Source of the DNA: Chloroflexi bacterium RBG_16_72_14
Lineage (GTDB): Bacteria; Chloroflexota; Limnocylindria; Limnocylindrales; CSP1-4
NCBI GenBank assembly: GCA_001797035.1
Contig: MGOE01000133.1
Span: forward strand, 69,081-114,304
Direction: 5' to 3'
DNA: 45,224 bases
Position numbers and translations under genes: made by a program
Notes under the pieces: generated by a model
The model's database searches: none
The model's input: the letters and a program-made list of their open reading frames with translations, nothing else
Told to the model about the DNA's origin: nothing
Part shown: positions 25,428 through 35,107 of the stretch, one piece after another
Position numbering within the stretch: the stretch's first letter is position 1
How the letters are laid out: each line of letters begins with the position of its first letter

Positions 25428-26270
25428 GTGCACGTCGAGCCGCCGGTCGGCTCGCCGCGCTCGCTCGAGGAGGCGTACGGGCTGCTGGCGTCGGCCCCCC
25501 ACCGGCCGCTCGCGGGCGGCACGGACATGCTGGTGCAGCTCACAGGCGAGCTCGGGCCCGCCCCGGAGCGAGTCCTCGACCTGTGGCGGCTCGACGAGCT
25601 GCGGGGGATCCGGGTCGAGGGGGGAGCGCTCGAGGTCGGCGCGCTCACGACCCACGCGCAGATCCGGCGCTCGGAGGCGTGCGCCGCCCACGCGCCAACG
25701 CTCGTCGCCGCGGTGGCGACCATCGGCGCCGCGCAGATCCAGAACCGGGGCACGATCGGCGGCAACGTGATGAATGCGTCGCCGGCCGGGGACACGCTGC
25801 CCGTGCTGCTCGCGCTCGACGCCGTGCTGGTCGCCGGCGGCCCGCGCGGCGAACGCTCGATCCCGGCGGTGGGGTTCTGGCCCGCCTACCGGAGCACCGC
25901 CCTGGCCCCGGACGAGCTGCTGCTCCGGGTCCGTATCCCGATCGTCGACGGGCGCCGGCAGGCCTTCCGGAAGGTCGGCACGCGCCGGGCGCAGGCGATC
26001 TCCAAGGTCGTGCTCGCGGCGGCGTGGCGACGTGACCCGGCCTGGCGCGATGTGCGGATCGCCTTCGGGTCCGTGGCCGCCACGCCGATCCGCGCCACGG
26101 CCGCGGAGGCGGCGCTCGAGGGCGCCCCACCGACCGCCGCGTCCATCGACCGGGCGGTGGCCGCCCTCCTTGCCGAGCTGCGCCCGATCGACGACGTGCG
26201 CTCGACCGCCGCCTACCGGCTGGAGGTCTCGGGCCGGATCCTGCGCCGGCTGCTGGAGGACGCGTCGTGA
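25428..26270 (+). CDS. xanthine dehydrogenase FAD-binding subunit
   Basis: [46 protein letters not shown]. The GTG start comes 1 nt after the preceding stop. Confidence 0.85.
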   Translation: MHVEPPVGSPRSLEEAYGLLASAPHRPLAGGTDMLVQLTGELGPAPERVLDLWRLDELRGIRVEGGALEVGALTTHAQIRRSEACAAHAPTLVAAVATIGAAQIQNRGTIGGNVMNASPAGDTLPVLLALDAVLVAGGPRGERSIPAVGFWPAYRSTALAPDELLLRVRIPIVDGRRQAFRKVGTRRAQAISKVVLAAAWRRDPAWRDVRIAFGSVAATPIRATAAEAALEGAPPTAASIDRAVAALLAELRPIDDVRSTAAYRLEVSGRILRRLLEDAS

Positions 26271-27127
26271 GCGAGACCGCGGAGATCGGCCCCAACCGGT
26301 ACGGCAAGCAGGCCATCCGCCTGGTCAAGGTCGTGCGCGGCGCGGAGCACCATGCCGTGCGGGACCTCACCGTCGGCGTGACCCTCGAGGGCGACTTCGC
26401 CGCCTCCTACACCGATGCCGACAACTCGCTCGTGATCGCGACCGACACCATGAAGAACACGGTCTACGCGTTCGCCCCCGAGCACCTCACGGGCTCGATC
26501 GAGGCGTTCGGCCTCGTCCTCGGCCGCCACTTCGTCGAGGCGCCCCAGGTGGAGCGCGCGACGGTCACCATCGCCGAGCACGGCTGGGAGCGACTGGTCG
26601 GCGCGCACGGCCCCGCCCCCGATGCGTTCCGGCGTTCCGGCGCGGCGACGCGGACCGCCGCCGCCTCCGTCTCGCGCGGCGGCGAGGCCGTCGAGTCGGG
26701 CGTGACCGACCTGGTCGTGATGAAGACCACGAGGTCGGCGTTCTCGGGATTCCCGCGCGACCGGTACACGACCCTGGCGGAGACCTCGGACCGGCTGCTG
26801 GCCACGAAGGTCACCTCGACCTGGCGGCACGCCGCCGCGGACGTGGACTGGGAGACGAGCTACGCCGCCGTGCTGGCGACCCTGCTCGAGGTGTTCGCCG
26901 ACCACCACAGCGAGTCGGTCCAGCACTCGATCTGGCTGATGGGCCGGGCGATCCTCGACCGCAACCCGGGGATCGACGAGGTGCGGATGCGCCTGCCGAA
27001 CCTCCACCACTGGCTGATCGACATGGCGCCCTTCGGCGGCGCCAGCGCCGGCGAGGTCTTCGTCGCCACGACCGAGCCGCACGGCCTGATCGAGGCGACC
27101 GTCCGCCGCGGGACGCCGGCCCCGTGA
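26267..27127 (+). CDS. urate oxidase (cofactor-independent uricase)
   Basis: [31 protein letters not shown]. About 286 aa. GTGA overlap with the upstream gene. Confidence 0.85.
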   Translation: MSETAEIGPNRYGKQAIRLVKVVRGAEHHAVRDLTVGVTLEGDFAASYTDADNSLVIATDTMKNTVYAFAPEHLTGSIEAFGLVLGRHFVEAPQVERATVTIAEHGWERLVGAHGPAPDAFRRSGAATRTAAASVSRGGEAVESGVTDLVVMKTTRSAFSGFPRDRYTTLAETSDRLLATKVTSTWRHAAADVDWETSYAAVLATLLEVFADHHSESVQHSIWLMGRAILDRNPGIDEVRMRLPNLHHWLIDMAPFGGASAGEVFVATTEPHGLIEATVRRGTPAP

Positions 27128-28695
27128 GCACCGACCTGCCGGGCGTCGAGGTCGTCGGGCCGGCAGTGCCGGGGATCGAGCGTGTCCTGGCGCCGGACGC
27201 CCTCGCGTTCGTGGCCGCCCTCGAGCGCCGGTTCCGGGATGAGCGGGCCGCGATCCTCCAGCGGCGCGCCGAGCGCCACGCGGCCATCGACGCCGGCGCC
27301 ATGCCCGACTTCCTGGCCGAGACGGCCGGCGTCCGGGCTGCCGACTGGAGGGTCGCGCCCGCACCGCGGGACCTCGATGACCGGCGCGTCGAGATCACCG
27401 GTCCCGCCGAGCCCAGGATGATGATCAACGCCCTCAACTCCGGGGCCCGGGTGTTCATGGCCGACCTCGAGGATGCACTCAGCCCGACCTGGGCGAACAT
27501 CGTCGGCGGCCATGACGCGATCGCGGACGGGGTGCGGCACACGCTGAGCCTCGACACCCCGGAGAAGGCGTACCGCCTCGCCGACCGTACCGCCACCCTC
27601 GTCGTGCGACCGCGGGGCTGGCATCTCGACGAGCGACACGTGCTGGTCGACGGGCGCCCGATGTCGGCCAGCCTGTTCGACGCCGGCCTGTACCTGTTCC
27701 ACGACGCCGCCGAGGCCCTCGCCCTCGGCTCGGGGCCTTACCTCTACCTGCCGAAGCTGGAGTCACACCTCGAGGCGCGGCTGTGGAACGAGGTCTTCGT
27801 GCACGCCCAGGACGCCGTCGGGGTTCCGCGGGGCTCCGTCCGGGCGACGGTGCTGATCGAGACGATCCTCGCGGCGTTCGAGATGGACGAGATCCTGTTC
27901 GAGCTGCGCGAGCACGCCGCCGGCCTCAATGCCGGGCGCTGGGACTACCTGTTCAGCATCATCAAGCGGTTCCGCGACCGGCCCGGGTTCGTCCTCCCCG
28001 ACCGCGGGCAGGTCACCATGGCGGTGCCCTTCATGCGGGCGTACGCGCGCCTGCTGGTCGCAACCTGCCACCGGCGCGGCGCGCACGCGATCGGCGGCAT
28101 GTCGGCGTTCATCCCCAACCGGCGCGAGCCGGCGGTGACGGCCAACGCGCTCGCCCGGGTCCGCGAGGACAAGGAGCGCGAGGCGGGTGATGGATTCGAC
28201 GGCACCTGGGTGGCCCACCCCGACCTGGTCCTGGTGGCGACGGCCGAGTTCGACCGCGTCCTGGGTGTCCGGCCGAACCAGAAGCGGGCACCGGGCGATC
28301 CCGCCGTCATGGCGTCCGCCCTGCTGGACATCGCCGTCTCGGGCGGCCGGGTGACCGAGGCGGGCGTCCGCCAGAACGTGAGCGTCGCGATCCGCTACCT
28401 CGATGCGTGGCTGCGCGGCAATGGCGCCGCCGCGATCGACAACCTGATGGAGGACGCCGCGACGGCGGAGATCAGCCGGTCCCAGCTGTGGCAGTGGCGC
28501 CGGCACGCGGCGACGCTGGGCGATGGCACATCGTTCGACGACGCCGGCTACCGGGCGATCCGCGACGAGACGCTGGCCCGGATCGGTCGCGACACGGGCC
28601 GCGTCGCCGAGGCGGCCGAGCTGCTCGACGGCCTCGTCCTGGCCGACGAGTTCCCGGAGTTCCTGACCCTCGGGGCCTACGCGCTGCTCGACTGA
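27124..28695 (+). CDS. aceB: malate synthase A
   Basis: [74 protein letters not shown] overlap with uricase. Confidence 0.88.
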   Translation: MSTDLPGVEVVGPAVPGIERVLAPDALAFVAALERRFRDERAAILQRRAERHAAIDAGAMPDFLAETAGVRAADWRVAPAPRDLDDRRVEITGPAEPRMMINALNSGARVFMADLEDALSPTWANIVGGHDAIADGVRHTLSLDTPEKAYRLADRTATLVVRPRGWHLDERHVLVDGRPMSASLFDAGLYLFHDAAEALALGSGPYLYLPKLESHLEARLWNEVFVHAQDAVGVPRGSVRATVLIETILAAFEMDEILFELREHAAGLNAGRWDYLFSIIKRFRDRPGFVLPDRGQVTMAVPFMRAYARLLVATCHRRGAHAIGGMSAFIPNRREPAVTANALARVREDKEREAGDGFDGTWVAHPDLVLVATAEFDRVLGVRPNQKRAPGDPAVMASALLDIAVSGGRVTEAGVRQNVSVAIRYLDAWLRGNGAAAIDNLMEDAATAEISRSQLWQWRRHAATLGDGTSFDDAGYRAIRDETLARIGRDTGRVAEAAELLDGLVLADEFPEFLTLGAYALLD

Positions 28696-28741
28696 ACGAC
28701 GAACTCGGCGATCGTTCGGCCTCGACCTCCACCGGGCCCTC

Positions 28742-30142
28742 CTACCGCATCGCAGCGAGCGACCGTCCGACGAACTGCCCGAACCCGCGCCTGCCGACGA
28801 ACGCCCCGGCGCGGACGACGAACGACCCGCGGACCAGCGTCGAGTGGACGGCGCCGCGCACGTCGCGGCCCTCGTAGGGCGTGTAGTCACTGGCGTGGTG
28901 GAGGCCGGCCGCGCGGATGGTGCGCCGGGCGTCCGGGTCGAACAGGACGAGGTCGGCGTCCCGGCCGACCTCGATCGCACCCTTCGCCGGCATGCCGAAC
29001 AGCCTGGCGGGGGTCGTGGACAGCAGGTCGACGAGCCGCTCGATCGGGATCCGGCCCGCCGCGACCCCCGCGTCGTACGCGACCGCGAGCAGGGTCTCGA
29101 TCCCCGGTCCGCCGTTCGAGATCCGGTCGAACGATTCGCGCCAGGTCTGCTTCTCGACCCCGGCGCGATCCGGCACGTGGTCGGTCGCGACGAGCGCAAG
29201 CGAGCCGTCGACCAGGCCCGCCCACAGCGCGTCGGGATGGCCCGCCGGCCGCAGGGGCGGCGAGATCACGTAGCGCGCGGCGTCCTCGGGCGGCAGCGCA
29301 TACCGCTCGTCCGTCAACGCGAGATAGTGCGGGCAGGTCTCGGCGAACACCGGCAGGCCGGCGGCTCGCGCGGCGCGGACCTCGGCGAGGGCATCGGCCG
29401 AGGACAGGTGCACGACATAGAGCGGCGCGTTCGCCGCCCGGGCGAGGGCGATCGCCCGCGCGATCGCCTCGGCCTCGACGTAGGGCGGGCGCGACGTGGC
29501 GTGGAACGCGGGCCCCGTCTCGCCGGCGGCGAGGTGACGCGCGGTGAGCGCCTCGAGGATCGTGCGGTTCTCGCAGTGCACCTGGAGCATGCCGCCGGCC
29601 GCGGCGGCCGCGCCGAGCAGCCCGAGCAGCGTCGCGTCGTCGACGCCGAAGTCGTAGACCATGAACGCCTTGAACGTCGGCACCCCGCCATCGACGAGGT
29701 GGGGGAGTTCCGCGGCCGCGTCCCCGTGGGAGGCGGTGATGACCGCGCTCAGGCCGACGTCGACGGCAGCGTCGGACGCGGTCGAGGCAAGCCACTCGCG
29801 GAGCCCGGTCCTGAGCGACCGCGCGGCCGCCGGCGACGATCCAGTGCCCGGGTTGTTGAAGGCGAGGAACGTCGTCGTCCCGCCGTGGGCCGCGGCCACG
29901 GAGTCCCGGAAGAACCGGTCCGGCTCGGCGTCGGTCGCAACCCGCGCGTGGGTGTGCACGTCGACCACACCCGGCAGCACGAGCAGGCCGGCCGCGTCCA
30001 CGACCTCGCGCGCACCGGCCGCCGGCCCGATGAGGTCCGCCTCGACGGCAGCGATCCGCCCGCCGTGCACGGCGACGTCGGCACGGCGCGACCCGGTCGC
30101 CGTGACGACCGTGCCGCCGCGGATGACGAGGTCGTGGGTCAC
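28742..30142 (-). CDS. cyclic amidohydrolase, dihydropyrimidinase/D-hydantoinase-like (candidate allantoinase)
   Basis: VDVHTH, carbamyl-Lys motif PTFKAFMVY, HCEN, VVHLSS, VATDH. FKAFM is closer to the hydantoinase pattern than to the AllB pattern. Confidence 0.8.
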   Translation of the reverse strand: MTHDLVIRGGTVVTATGSRRADVAVHGGRIAAVEADLIGPAAGAREVVDAAGLLVLPGVVDVHTHARVATDAEPDRFFRDSVAAAHGGTTTFLAFNNPGTGSSPAAARSLRTGLREWLASTASDAAVDVGLSAVITASHGDAAAELPHLVDGGVPTFKAFMVYDFGVDDATLLGLLGAAAAAGGMLQVHCENRTILEALTARHLAAGETGPAFHATSRPPYVEAEAIARAIALARAANAPLYVVHLSSADALAEVRAARAAGLPVFAETCPHYLALTDERYALPPEDAARYVISPPLRPAGHPDALWAGLVDGSLALVATDHVPDRAGVEKQTWRESFDRISNGGPGIETLLAVAYDAGVAAGRIPIERLVDLLSTTPARLFGMPAKGAIEVGRDADLVLFDPDARRTIRAAGLHHASDYTPYEGRDVRGAVHSTLVRGSFVVRAGAFVGRRGFGQFVGRSLAAMR

Positions 30143-30155
30143 CTGCCGTCCTTGC

Positions 30156-30578
30156 TCAGCCGTGCTCGACGATCTCGATCTCCTGTGCGCCGTCCCACAG
30201 GCACCGCCGGCCCACCTCGCGCAGCCGGTCGTCCCAGCCGTCGTCGGGCACGACCGTCGCGAAGTGGTTGGCGGCGAGCTGGCCGACCTTCGACGAGGTC
30301 GTGCAGGCGCCGTAGGGGAAGAAGATCTCGCACTCGCTGATGCCCCCCGGGTACAGCGCGAGCTGGCCCGGCGCCGGGTGCGACGTGTGATGCTCCCAGC
30401 CGACGTCGGGGCGGAGGTCGCCGTACGGGACCCAGGTCGATTCGCCGCTCCAGCGGCAGTGGATCAGCCGGGCTCGCAGCGGGAGCATCGCCCGGATGAC
30501 CGCGACCGTAGCCGGGGCCTCAGGCTCCCAGCGAGCGCTAAAGTGCAGGTCACCAACGCGGATCGACAGGTCGCTCAT
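30156..30578 (-). CDS. DUF3830-like (cyclophilin-like fold) protein, tentative
   Basis: About 140 aa, MSDLSIRVGDLHFSARWEPEAPATV...HCRWSGES...NHFATV. Assigned from memory of the family. ATG 30578 is preferred over the track start because TATCCT-N6-ATG precedes it. Confidence 0.45.
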   Translation of the reverse strand: MSDLSIRVGDLHFSARWEPEAPATVAVIRAMLPLRARLIHCRWSGESTWVPYGDLRPDVGWEHHTSHPAPGQLALYPGGISECEIFFPYGACTTSSKVGQLAANHFATVVPDDGWDDRLREVGRRCLWDGAQEIEIVEHG

Positions 30579-30594
30579 CGGCGGAGGATAACGC

Positions 30595-30921
30595 GTGGCC
30601 GAGCACCCCCCGACGATCTCCACCCACGTCCTCGACACGGCGCAGGGCGCCCCGCGGCGGGGCGTGCGGGTCCGGCTGTGGCGAGCGACGGGCGAGCATC
30701 ACGACCTCGTCGGCGACGCCGTGACCGACGCGGACGGGCGGATCCGCGACCTCCTCGCCGGGACGCCACTCGAGGCCGGCACGTACCGCCTCGAGTTCTC
30801 GCTGGGCGACGGCTTCTTCGCTGGCCTCGCCGCAGACGTCCGGATCGACGACGCCACCCGCAGCCATCACGTCCCCCTGCTGCTGGCGCCGTTCGGGCTG
30901 ACGACGTACCGGGGCTCGTGA
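30595..30921 (+). CDS. uraH: 5-hydroxyisourate hydrolase (transthyretin-like)
   Basis: ISTHVLDTAQGAP..G, HHVPLLLAPFGLTTYRGS with the C-terminal YRGS signature. GGAGG 7 nt upstream of the GTG. Confidence 0.88.
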   Translation: MAEHPPTISTHVLDTAQGAPRRGVRVRLWRATGEHHDLVGDAVTDADGRIRDLLAGTPLEAGTYRLEFSLGDGFFAGLAADVRIDDATRSHHVPLLLAPFGLTTYRGS

Positions 30922-30927
30922 CGGGCA

Positions 30928-31470
30928 GTGGGCGCGGACCGGGCGGCCACCTCCGTCGCGTGGCTCGACGCCCTCGATGACGAGGCGTGCGCCGCCGCGC
31001 TGGCGCCCCTGTTCGAGGGCGCGCCGCGGTTCCTCGCCCGGCTGTGCGCCGCGCGGCCGTTCACCGACGCGCCCACGCTGGTGCGCCGGGCGCGCGAGAT
31101 CGCGCGGGCGATGCCGGAAGACGAGCAGGTCGAGCTGGTGGACGCCCATCCCCGGCTCGGCGCCACGCCGGGCTCGGTGTCGGCGGCGTCGTTCGTGGAG
31201 CAGGGGTACGACCGGGAGGCGGCGGGTCAGGCCGCGGAATCGGGGCGCCGCCGCTTGGACGCGGAGCTCGAGCGGCTGAACGCGGCCTATGAGGCCCGCT
31301 TCGGGTTCCGCTACTGCGTGTTCGTGGCCGGCCGGCCGCGCGCCGCCCTGCTTCCCGGGCTCGTCGCGGCGCTCGACGCGGACCGGGTGTCGGAGCTGGC
31401 TCGCGCGCTCGAGGCGGCCGTCGACATCGCCGAGGACCGGTTCCGCCATTCCTCGGCGAGCAGCCCGTAG
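30928..31470 (+). CDS. uraD: OHCU decarboxylase
   Basis: LFEGAPRFL, LVDAHPRLGA, YEARFGFRYCVFVAGR. Adjacent to the HIU hydrolase gene. Confidence 0.82.
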   Translation: MGADRAATSVAWLDALDDEACAAALAPLFEGAPRFLARLCAARPFTDAPTLVRRAREIARAMPEDEQVELVDAHPRLGATPGSVSAASFVEQGYDREAAGQAAESGRRRLDAELERLNAAYEARFGFRYCVFVAGRPRAALLPGLVAALDADRVSELARALEAAVDIAEDRFRHSSASSP

Positions 31471-31625
31471 CGGTGCTGGCTCGCCCACGCGCCACCGTCA
31501 CGGAAGCTCTCGCGCAGCTCGCCCTCGCGGCGGAAGCCCAGCCGCTCCAGCAGCCGCCACGACGCATCGTTGCGCGTGTCGCAGTCGGCGCAGAGCCTGT
31601 GCTTGCCGCGATCCACGAACAGGTC
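31446..31625 (-). pseudogene. C-terminal remnant of a RimJ/RimL-type GNAT acetyltransferase
   Basis: HRLCADCDTRNDASWRLLERLGFRREGELRESF...YGLLAEEW. No N-terminal GNAT half and no start codon. It is squeezed between the uraD stop and the HAD stop and overlaps the uraD 3' end. Confidence 0.5.
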
Positions 31626-31675
31626 AGCCGGTCGAAGCCGGCGTCCATCGGGCCGATCGTACGACGCGGCGACCG

Positions 31676-32362
31676 TCAGGCCGCGCTGTCCGGCGCCCCG
31701 CGGCGGCGTGGCCGGCGGGCGCCCAGCAGGTCGTCCGCCCAGGCCCCCACGCCGGTCCACACCCGGTCCACGCCGGCAGCCAGGAACGCGCGCTCCGCCG
31801 TGGTCCCGCCGATGGCGACGAACGGGGCGCCCGCGGCGGCGGCCATCTCGAGGTCGACCGTCGTGTCGCCGACGTAGACGCTGTCCGCGGGCACCACGCC
31901 CAGGTCGTCGAGGGCGCGCAGCAGCGCCTCGGGGTGCGGCTTCCCGTTGGCGACGTCATCCGCGTACCAGGTCGTGTCGAACACGCCGTCGAGGTTGAGG
32001 CGGTTCAGGTTCGGCTCCACGACGGTGCGGGTGGACGCGGTGACGAGGCCCAGCCGGACGCCCCGTCGCCCGAGCCGCCGCAGGGCGCCGCGTGCCCACG
32101 GCAGCGCTCTGGGCCTGGCCGACCGCATCTCCTCGGACCAGCGGATCGCCGTGGCGTCCCACAGGTGCTCGGGGATACCAAGTTCCCGGTACGAGGCCCG
32201 CCAGTCCGGCGTGTACCGCTCGCGGAACCAGTCGCGGGTCATCGTGATGCCGAGCTCGCCGAGCACGATCACGTTCGCCCGATAGATGTGCTCCAGCGTA
32301 TCCACGATCGTGCCGTCCCAGTCGAACAGGGCGGCGGCGGGCAGGGTGCGGGCGACGGTCAC
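31676..32362 (-). CDS. HAD family hydrolase (phosphatase-like)
   Basis: DWDGTIVDT motif I, LVTAS motif II, YVGDTTVDLEMA motif IV. GTG 32362 is chosen to avoid overlap with the upstream LysE gene. Confidence 0.75.
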   Translation of the reverse strand: MTVARTLPAAALFDWDGTIVDTLEHIYRANVIVLGELGITMTRDWFRERYTPDWRASYRELGIPEHLWDATAIRWSEEMRSARPRALPWARGALRRLGRRGVRLGLVTASTRTVVEPNLNRLNLDGVFDTTWYADDVANGKPHPEALLRALDDLGVVPADSVYVGDTTVDLEMAAAAGAPFVAIGGTTAERAFLAAGVDRVWTGVGAWADDLLGARRPRRRGAPDSAA

Positions 32363-32381
32363 GCCCGAATCGTAGGGGAGA

Positions 32382-33014
32382 TCAGCCGGCCAGGCCGACG
32401 ACGATGGCCACGACACCGAAGCCGCCGATGATCAGCGCGGACGCGACGTTGAGCGCCCGGATCACGCGCGGCGTGAGCCGCGCGCGGAGCCCGGCGACGA
32501 GCCCGGTCAGGAGCGCCCACCAGGCCGCCGAGCCCAGGAACACGCCGGTCACGATCGAGACGGCCCCGCCGGCACCGGCCGAGCCGGCGCCCAGGCTCGC
32601 GAACAGCGCCGCGAACGACAGGATCGTGGCCGGGTTGGTCAGCGTGAGCCCGACCATCGTGGCCCAGGCGGCCAGCTGACCGTCGAACCGTCCGCGCTCC
32701 GCTCGCTCGACCGGCCCACCCTCGGACGCGAGGGTGCCTCGGAGGGCCCGGCCGGCGAGGACCAGCAGCACCGCGCCACCGACGATCCCCAGCGGCCGGT
32801 TGATGCCCACCAGGATCTCGGTGGCGGCCGTCAGCCCGAACGCGGCCAGCGCGCCGTAGGTCGCGTCGGCGGTCGCGACGCCGATTCCCGAGACGAAGCC
32901 GCGGAGCCAGCCGCGGTCGATCGTGCGGCGGATCACGAGCAGCCCGATCGGGCCCAGGGCGACGGCGACCGCGAACCCGATCGCGAGGCCGCGCAGGAAC
33001 AGGCTCAGGTCCAT
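32382..33014 (-). CDS. LysE/RhtB family amino-acid exporter
   Basis: GLAIGFAVAVALGPIGLLVIRRT...GIGVATADATY, six hydrophobic segments, about 210 aa. Confidence 0.8.
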   Translation of the reverse strand: MDLSLFLRGLAIGFAVAVALGPIGLLVIRRTIDRGWLRGFVSGIGVATADATYGALAAFGLTAATEILVGINRPLGIVGGAVLLVLAGRALRGTLASEGGPVERAERGRFDGQLAAWATMVGLTLTNPATILSFAALFASLGAGSAGAGGAVSIVTGVFLGSAAWWALLTGLVAGLRARLTPRVIRALNVASALIIGGFGVVAIVVGLAG

Positions 33015-33074
33015 CGACGGACGGGTATCGGGCCTCGTCGTTGGCGTGTCACACCGGCGACGCGGCGCCGGGCG

Positions 33075-34967
33075 TCAGGGCGCCGGCGTCGGCGTCGGGT
33101 CCGGCGAGCCGCCGCCCCCGGTCCCGACCAGCAGGATCCCGGTGATCGTGGCGTAGTGCGAGTAGTATGTCGTCCGGCGCAGGAGCTTGCCGGCCTCGAA
33201 GACCGAGACCGTGCGCCACACGTCCTTGCCGTCCACCGGGTACTCGATCCGCTGCGACGATCCCTTGGGCAGGCTCTTCGTGTACTGGATCGAGTCGCGC
33301 CCCTGGCGGATGTTCTTGACCGTCGGTTTGCCGATCACGACCTTCCGGCCGTTGGGGACGCTGTAGATCTTGAACGTCACGTAGCCCGCGCTGCCCCGGC
33401 GGGTGTTGATCCCGCGGATCAGGACCGGGAACCTCGTGTCGTTGGTGAAGCTCATCGTCTGCTTCGAGCCGCCGTTGGAGATGAACACGGTGGCATCGAG
33501 GCCGAGCGGGTAGCGATCGATGTAGTAGTAGTGATTGCGCCGGGCGCCCATCTTCATGCCGGCCCGCAGCGCCGCGTTGAACAGCGTCGTGGAGCAGGAG
33601 CAGATGCCACCGGCCAGGGCGCCCTGCGGCTCCGTGCGGCCGTTGATGATGGCCCCTCCCTGCCGGTACCCCTTCTCGCGGGTGACGGCCCCGACCGCCT
33701 TCCAGAAGTCGAACGTCTCCCCCGGGCCCACGACGTAGCCGTTGATGAGCTTGGCCGGGATCCAGATGTTGGCCCCGAACCCGTTGTTCACGTAGATCGG
33801 GAAGTAGGTGGTCCAGCTGGAGATGGCCTTCATCCGGGGCGCGAAGCGCTCGGCATCGGCGGTCGAGATCGCCGGGTCCGTGACGGCGACCACAGGCTCG
33901 ATGGTGGGCTCGGTGGTGCCGCCCTGGCGCGCCATCAGCGCGTCCACCACGAGCGCCCGGGTCGCCGCCCGATCGAGCGCCCGGCCTTCCTTGCCGGCCG
34001 CGCCGACGACGACGCGCGCGCCGCTCAGCCTGAACGTGGCGTTCGTCGCCTTCTGATTGACGTCCTGGGCGATGGCGGCGATCAGGGGGTCGAGCCCCGC
34101 CACGTCGAACACCGGCACGATCCCGCCGTCCACCGTCGGCGAGAAGGTGATGAGCTTGCGGAGCTCGGCGCTCTCGATCGTCCACGTCCTGGTGCCACGC
34201 GTGAGCACGAGCTCGGCGGCCATCCGCTCGCCTGCGGCGAGGGCCGCCTCCGCGTCCGCGGCGTCGATCACCGGCGTCTCGGTGACCAGCACGACGTCCT
34301 CGCGGAGCTCCGCCGGTGCGTCGAGCGACCCCACCTCCGCGGCGATCGCCGCGACGAGGGCGCCCTGGTCCACGACGCGCCCGTCGCGCCCGGGCGTCAG
34401 CCTGAACGCGCCGTCTGCCTCCACGACCAGGGTCGCGTCCACGGGCTCGAGATCGATCGTGTTCGCGACCGCGGCGACGGCTGCCTCGAGCTTCGCCGGG
34501 TCGAAGGTCACCAGCGGCTCGAGCCAGATGCCACGAAGCGCCGCCTGCGGCGCACCGATCAGGTCGGCCATCGGCTCGCCCTGTCGCCCGGCCCCGAGCG
34601 CGGCGTCCAGCATCGCGTCCACGTCCGCCTGCCGCCCGATCTCGGCGTAGCCGATCAGCAGGTCCCCGTCCGGGCCCGACACGACGACGTGGCCGCCGGC
34701 GAGCGAGGCGTAGGCGTCCCCCAGCGCCGCCCGCGCGTCGTCCGGCGTGAGGCCCGACAGGTCGACGTCGCCCACCTGGACACCGGGCAGGACGCGGCCG
34801 CTGTACTGCTGGCCGTAGGCGTAGAGGGCGCCGCTGCCGGCACCGACCACGAGCACCACGCCGAGCAGGAAGGCGAGCGCGAACCGCGGCCCCAGCGAGC
34901 GGCGACGCGGCCGCGCGGGCGTGGGCTCGGGCGTGAGGTCGGGCGTGGGCTGGGGCGTCTCGGTCAT
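33075..34967 (-). CDS. VanW domain-containing membrane-anchored protein
   Basis: N-terminal TM FALAFLLGVVLVVGAG. C-terminal VanW-like GPGETFDFW...GGICSCSTTLFNAALRAGM...YPLGLDATV. ATG 34967 is used because the track extension is Arg/Pro-rich. Confidence 0.75.
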   Translation of the reverse strand: MTETPQPTPDLTPEPTPARPRRRSLGPRFALAFLLGVVLVVGAGSGALYAYGQQYSGRVLPGVQVGDVDLSGLTPDDARAALGDAYASLAGGHVVVSGPDGDLLIGYAEIGRQADVDAMLDAALGAGRQGEPMADLIGAPQAALRGIWLEPLVTFDPAKLEAAVAAVANTIDLEPVDATLVVEADGAFRLTPGRDGRVVDQGALVAAIAAEVGSLDAPAELREDVVLVTETPVIDAADAEAALAAGERMAAELVLTRGTRTWTIESAELRKLITFSPTVDGGIVPVFDVAGLDPLIAAIAQDVNQKATNATFRLSGARVVVGAAGKEGRALDRAATRALVVDALMARQGGTTEPTIEPVVAVTDPAISTADAERFAPRMKAISSWTTYFPIYVNNGFGANIWIPAKLINGYVVGPGETFDFWKAVGAVTREKGYRQGGAIINGRTEPQGALAGGICSCSTTLFNAALRAGMKMGARRNHYYYIDRYPLGLDATVFISNGGSKQTMSFTNDTRFPVLIRGINTRRGSAGYVTFKIYSVPNGRKVVIGKPTVKNIRQGRDSIQYTKSLPKGSSQRIEYPVDGKDVWRTVSVFEAGKLLRRTTYYSHYATITGILLVGTGGGGSPDPTPTPAP

Positions 34968-35107
34968 TGCCTCGTCAACTGCGGTGGGGCGGATCGTACC
35001 AAGGGAGGTCGTCGTTGGCGATGCGTGGCGATCCCGCGTGGACGCGAGCGGCCGCCGACCCTTGCGACGGTCCTGCTCCCCCGGCTGCGACGCGAGATCG
35101 GCGCCCG

